Shown here: piece after piece, positions 35,048 to 35,450 of the stretch
Numbering within the stretch: position 1 is the stretch's first letter
Layout: each line of letters begins with the position of its first letter
IMG/VR virus record: IMGVR_UViG_3300025389_000018
Length of the DNA: 35,450 bases
Strand: one strand, 5' to 3'
From: a virus
Lineage: Duplodnaviria > Heunggongvirae > Uroviricota > Caudoviricetes
The notes under the pieces: generated by a model
The model's input: the letters and a program-made list of their open reading frames with translations, nothing else
Databases searched by the model: none
What the model was told of the DNA's origin: nothing
Position numbers and translations under genes: made by a program

Positions 35048-35334
35048 CTGAGAACAAGAAAGTTTTATTTGCCTACACAGTGGTTGCACTGCCAGATGGA
35101 ACCCTTCAGACTCACCCAGCCCCAGTTGACGAGGAAGTAGAACGTCAGGCAAGCCGATATGACATGTTTGTATCCAGTAAAGAGCTGGTTCAAAACATCG
35201 AAACCCAACTTCTTGCAGACCGAATTGCCAACATCGTAGTAGCGAAACTGACCCCTGCAGATGAGTCAGGAGAGTTGAAAAGTAAGTTATTAAATGCTCT
35301 AAATGAACGCGGGATAACGCCCTCTCAAGAGTAA
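35044..35334 (+). CDS. Hypothetical protein
   Basis: ATG 35044 overlaps the upstream TGA; GGAGG RBS. Confidence 0.7.
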   Translation: MTENKKVLFAYTVVALPDGTLQTHPAPVDEEVERQASRYDMFVSSKELVQNIETQLLADRIANIVVAKLTPADESGELKSKLLNALNERGITPSQE

Positions 35335-35341
35335 TTACCTC

Positions 35342-35347
35342 TAAACT
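35342..35347 (+). promoter_or_regulatory. -10 element TAAACT for leaderless transcript
   Basis: TAAACT then 6 nt (AGTGTC) then ATG 35354. Confidence 0.45.
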
Positions 35348-35353
35348 AGTGTC

Positions 35354-35450
35354 ATGTTTAGGTCACTAGGAAGCACGGCTCAACCCATACACTTACAGGG
35401 TTCTCCTACCTCGTACTTCTCTGCCCCAGAACAAGAGTTAGACCCAGCCC
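35354..35450 (+). CDS. Hypothetical protein (5' partial at window end)
   Basis: MFRSLGSTAQPIHLQGSPTSYFSAPEQELDPA..., open to the end of the window. Confidence 0.5.
   Translation, partial: MFRSLGSTAQPIHLQGSPTSYFSAPEQELDPA

Noticed and set aside
1-35450. Diversity-generating retroelement, alternative genetic code or integrase
   Set aside because: No reverse transcriptase, no adenine-variable repeat pair, no recombinase; long ORFs read cleanly in code 11 and all three stops are used

Overview
A 35.4 kb segment of a lytic-style, contractile-tailed (myovirus) phage genome, with essentially all genes on the + strand and tightly overlapped. GC looks moderate to low by eye. The host is most likely actinobacterial (whiB, TAnnnT promoters sitting directly on start codons); the gene order recalls large actinophage myoviruses and freshwater actinophage contigs (inference). 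Three modules: (1) 1-12.2 kb tail tube end, chaperone, tape measure with two peptidoglycan hydrolase domains, full baseplate and a holin-like gene; (2) 12.8-28.3 kb replication and recombination: HTH initiator containing an iteron-like array, DnaC-like loader, DnaB, primase, SNF2 helicase, MerR-like HTH, SSB-like protein, free-standing LAGLIDADG nuclease, PolA (Leu762 type), RecA, two resolvases, WhiB, Cas4-like nuclease, dNMP kinase; (3) 28.4-35.4 kb a SpoVS-like gene followed by about 20 mostly small unknown genes and an HNH nuclease. Best leads: an internal origin (one inverted plus two direct 17-18 bp repeats and an AT-rich tract), two +1 frame junctions at shifty stops (TTT-TAA, CCT-TGA-C), four promoters with identical leaderless geometry, a terminator/promoter/palindrome switch ahead of the LAGLIDADG-polA operon, twin promoter-like motifs flanking spoVS, and a repeated HGGGSSGFGAS motif bracketing the tape-measure enzymes. 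All functional calls come from motif recognition only; no searches were run.
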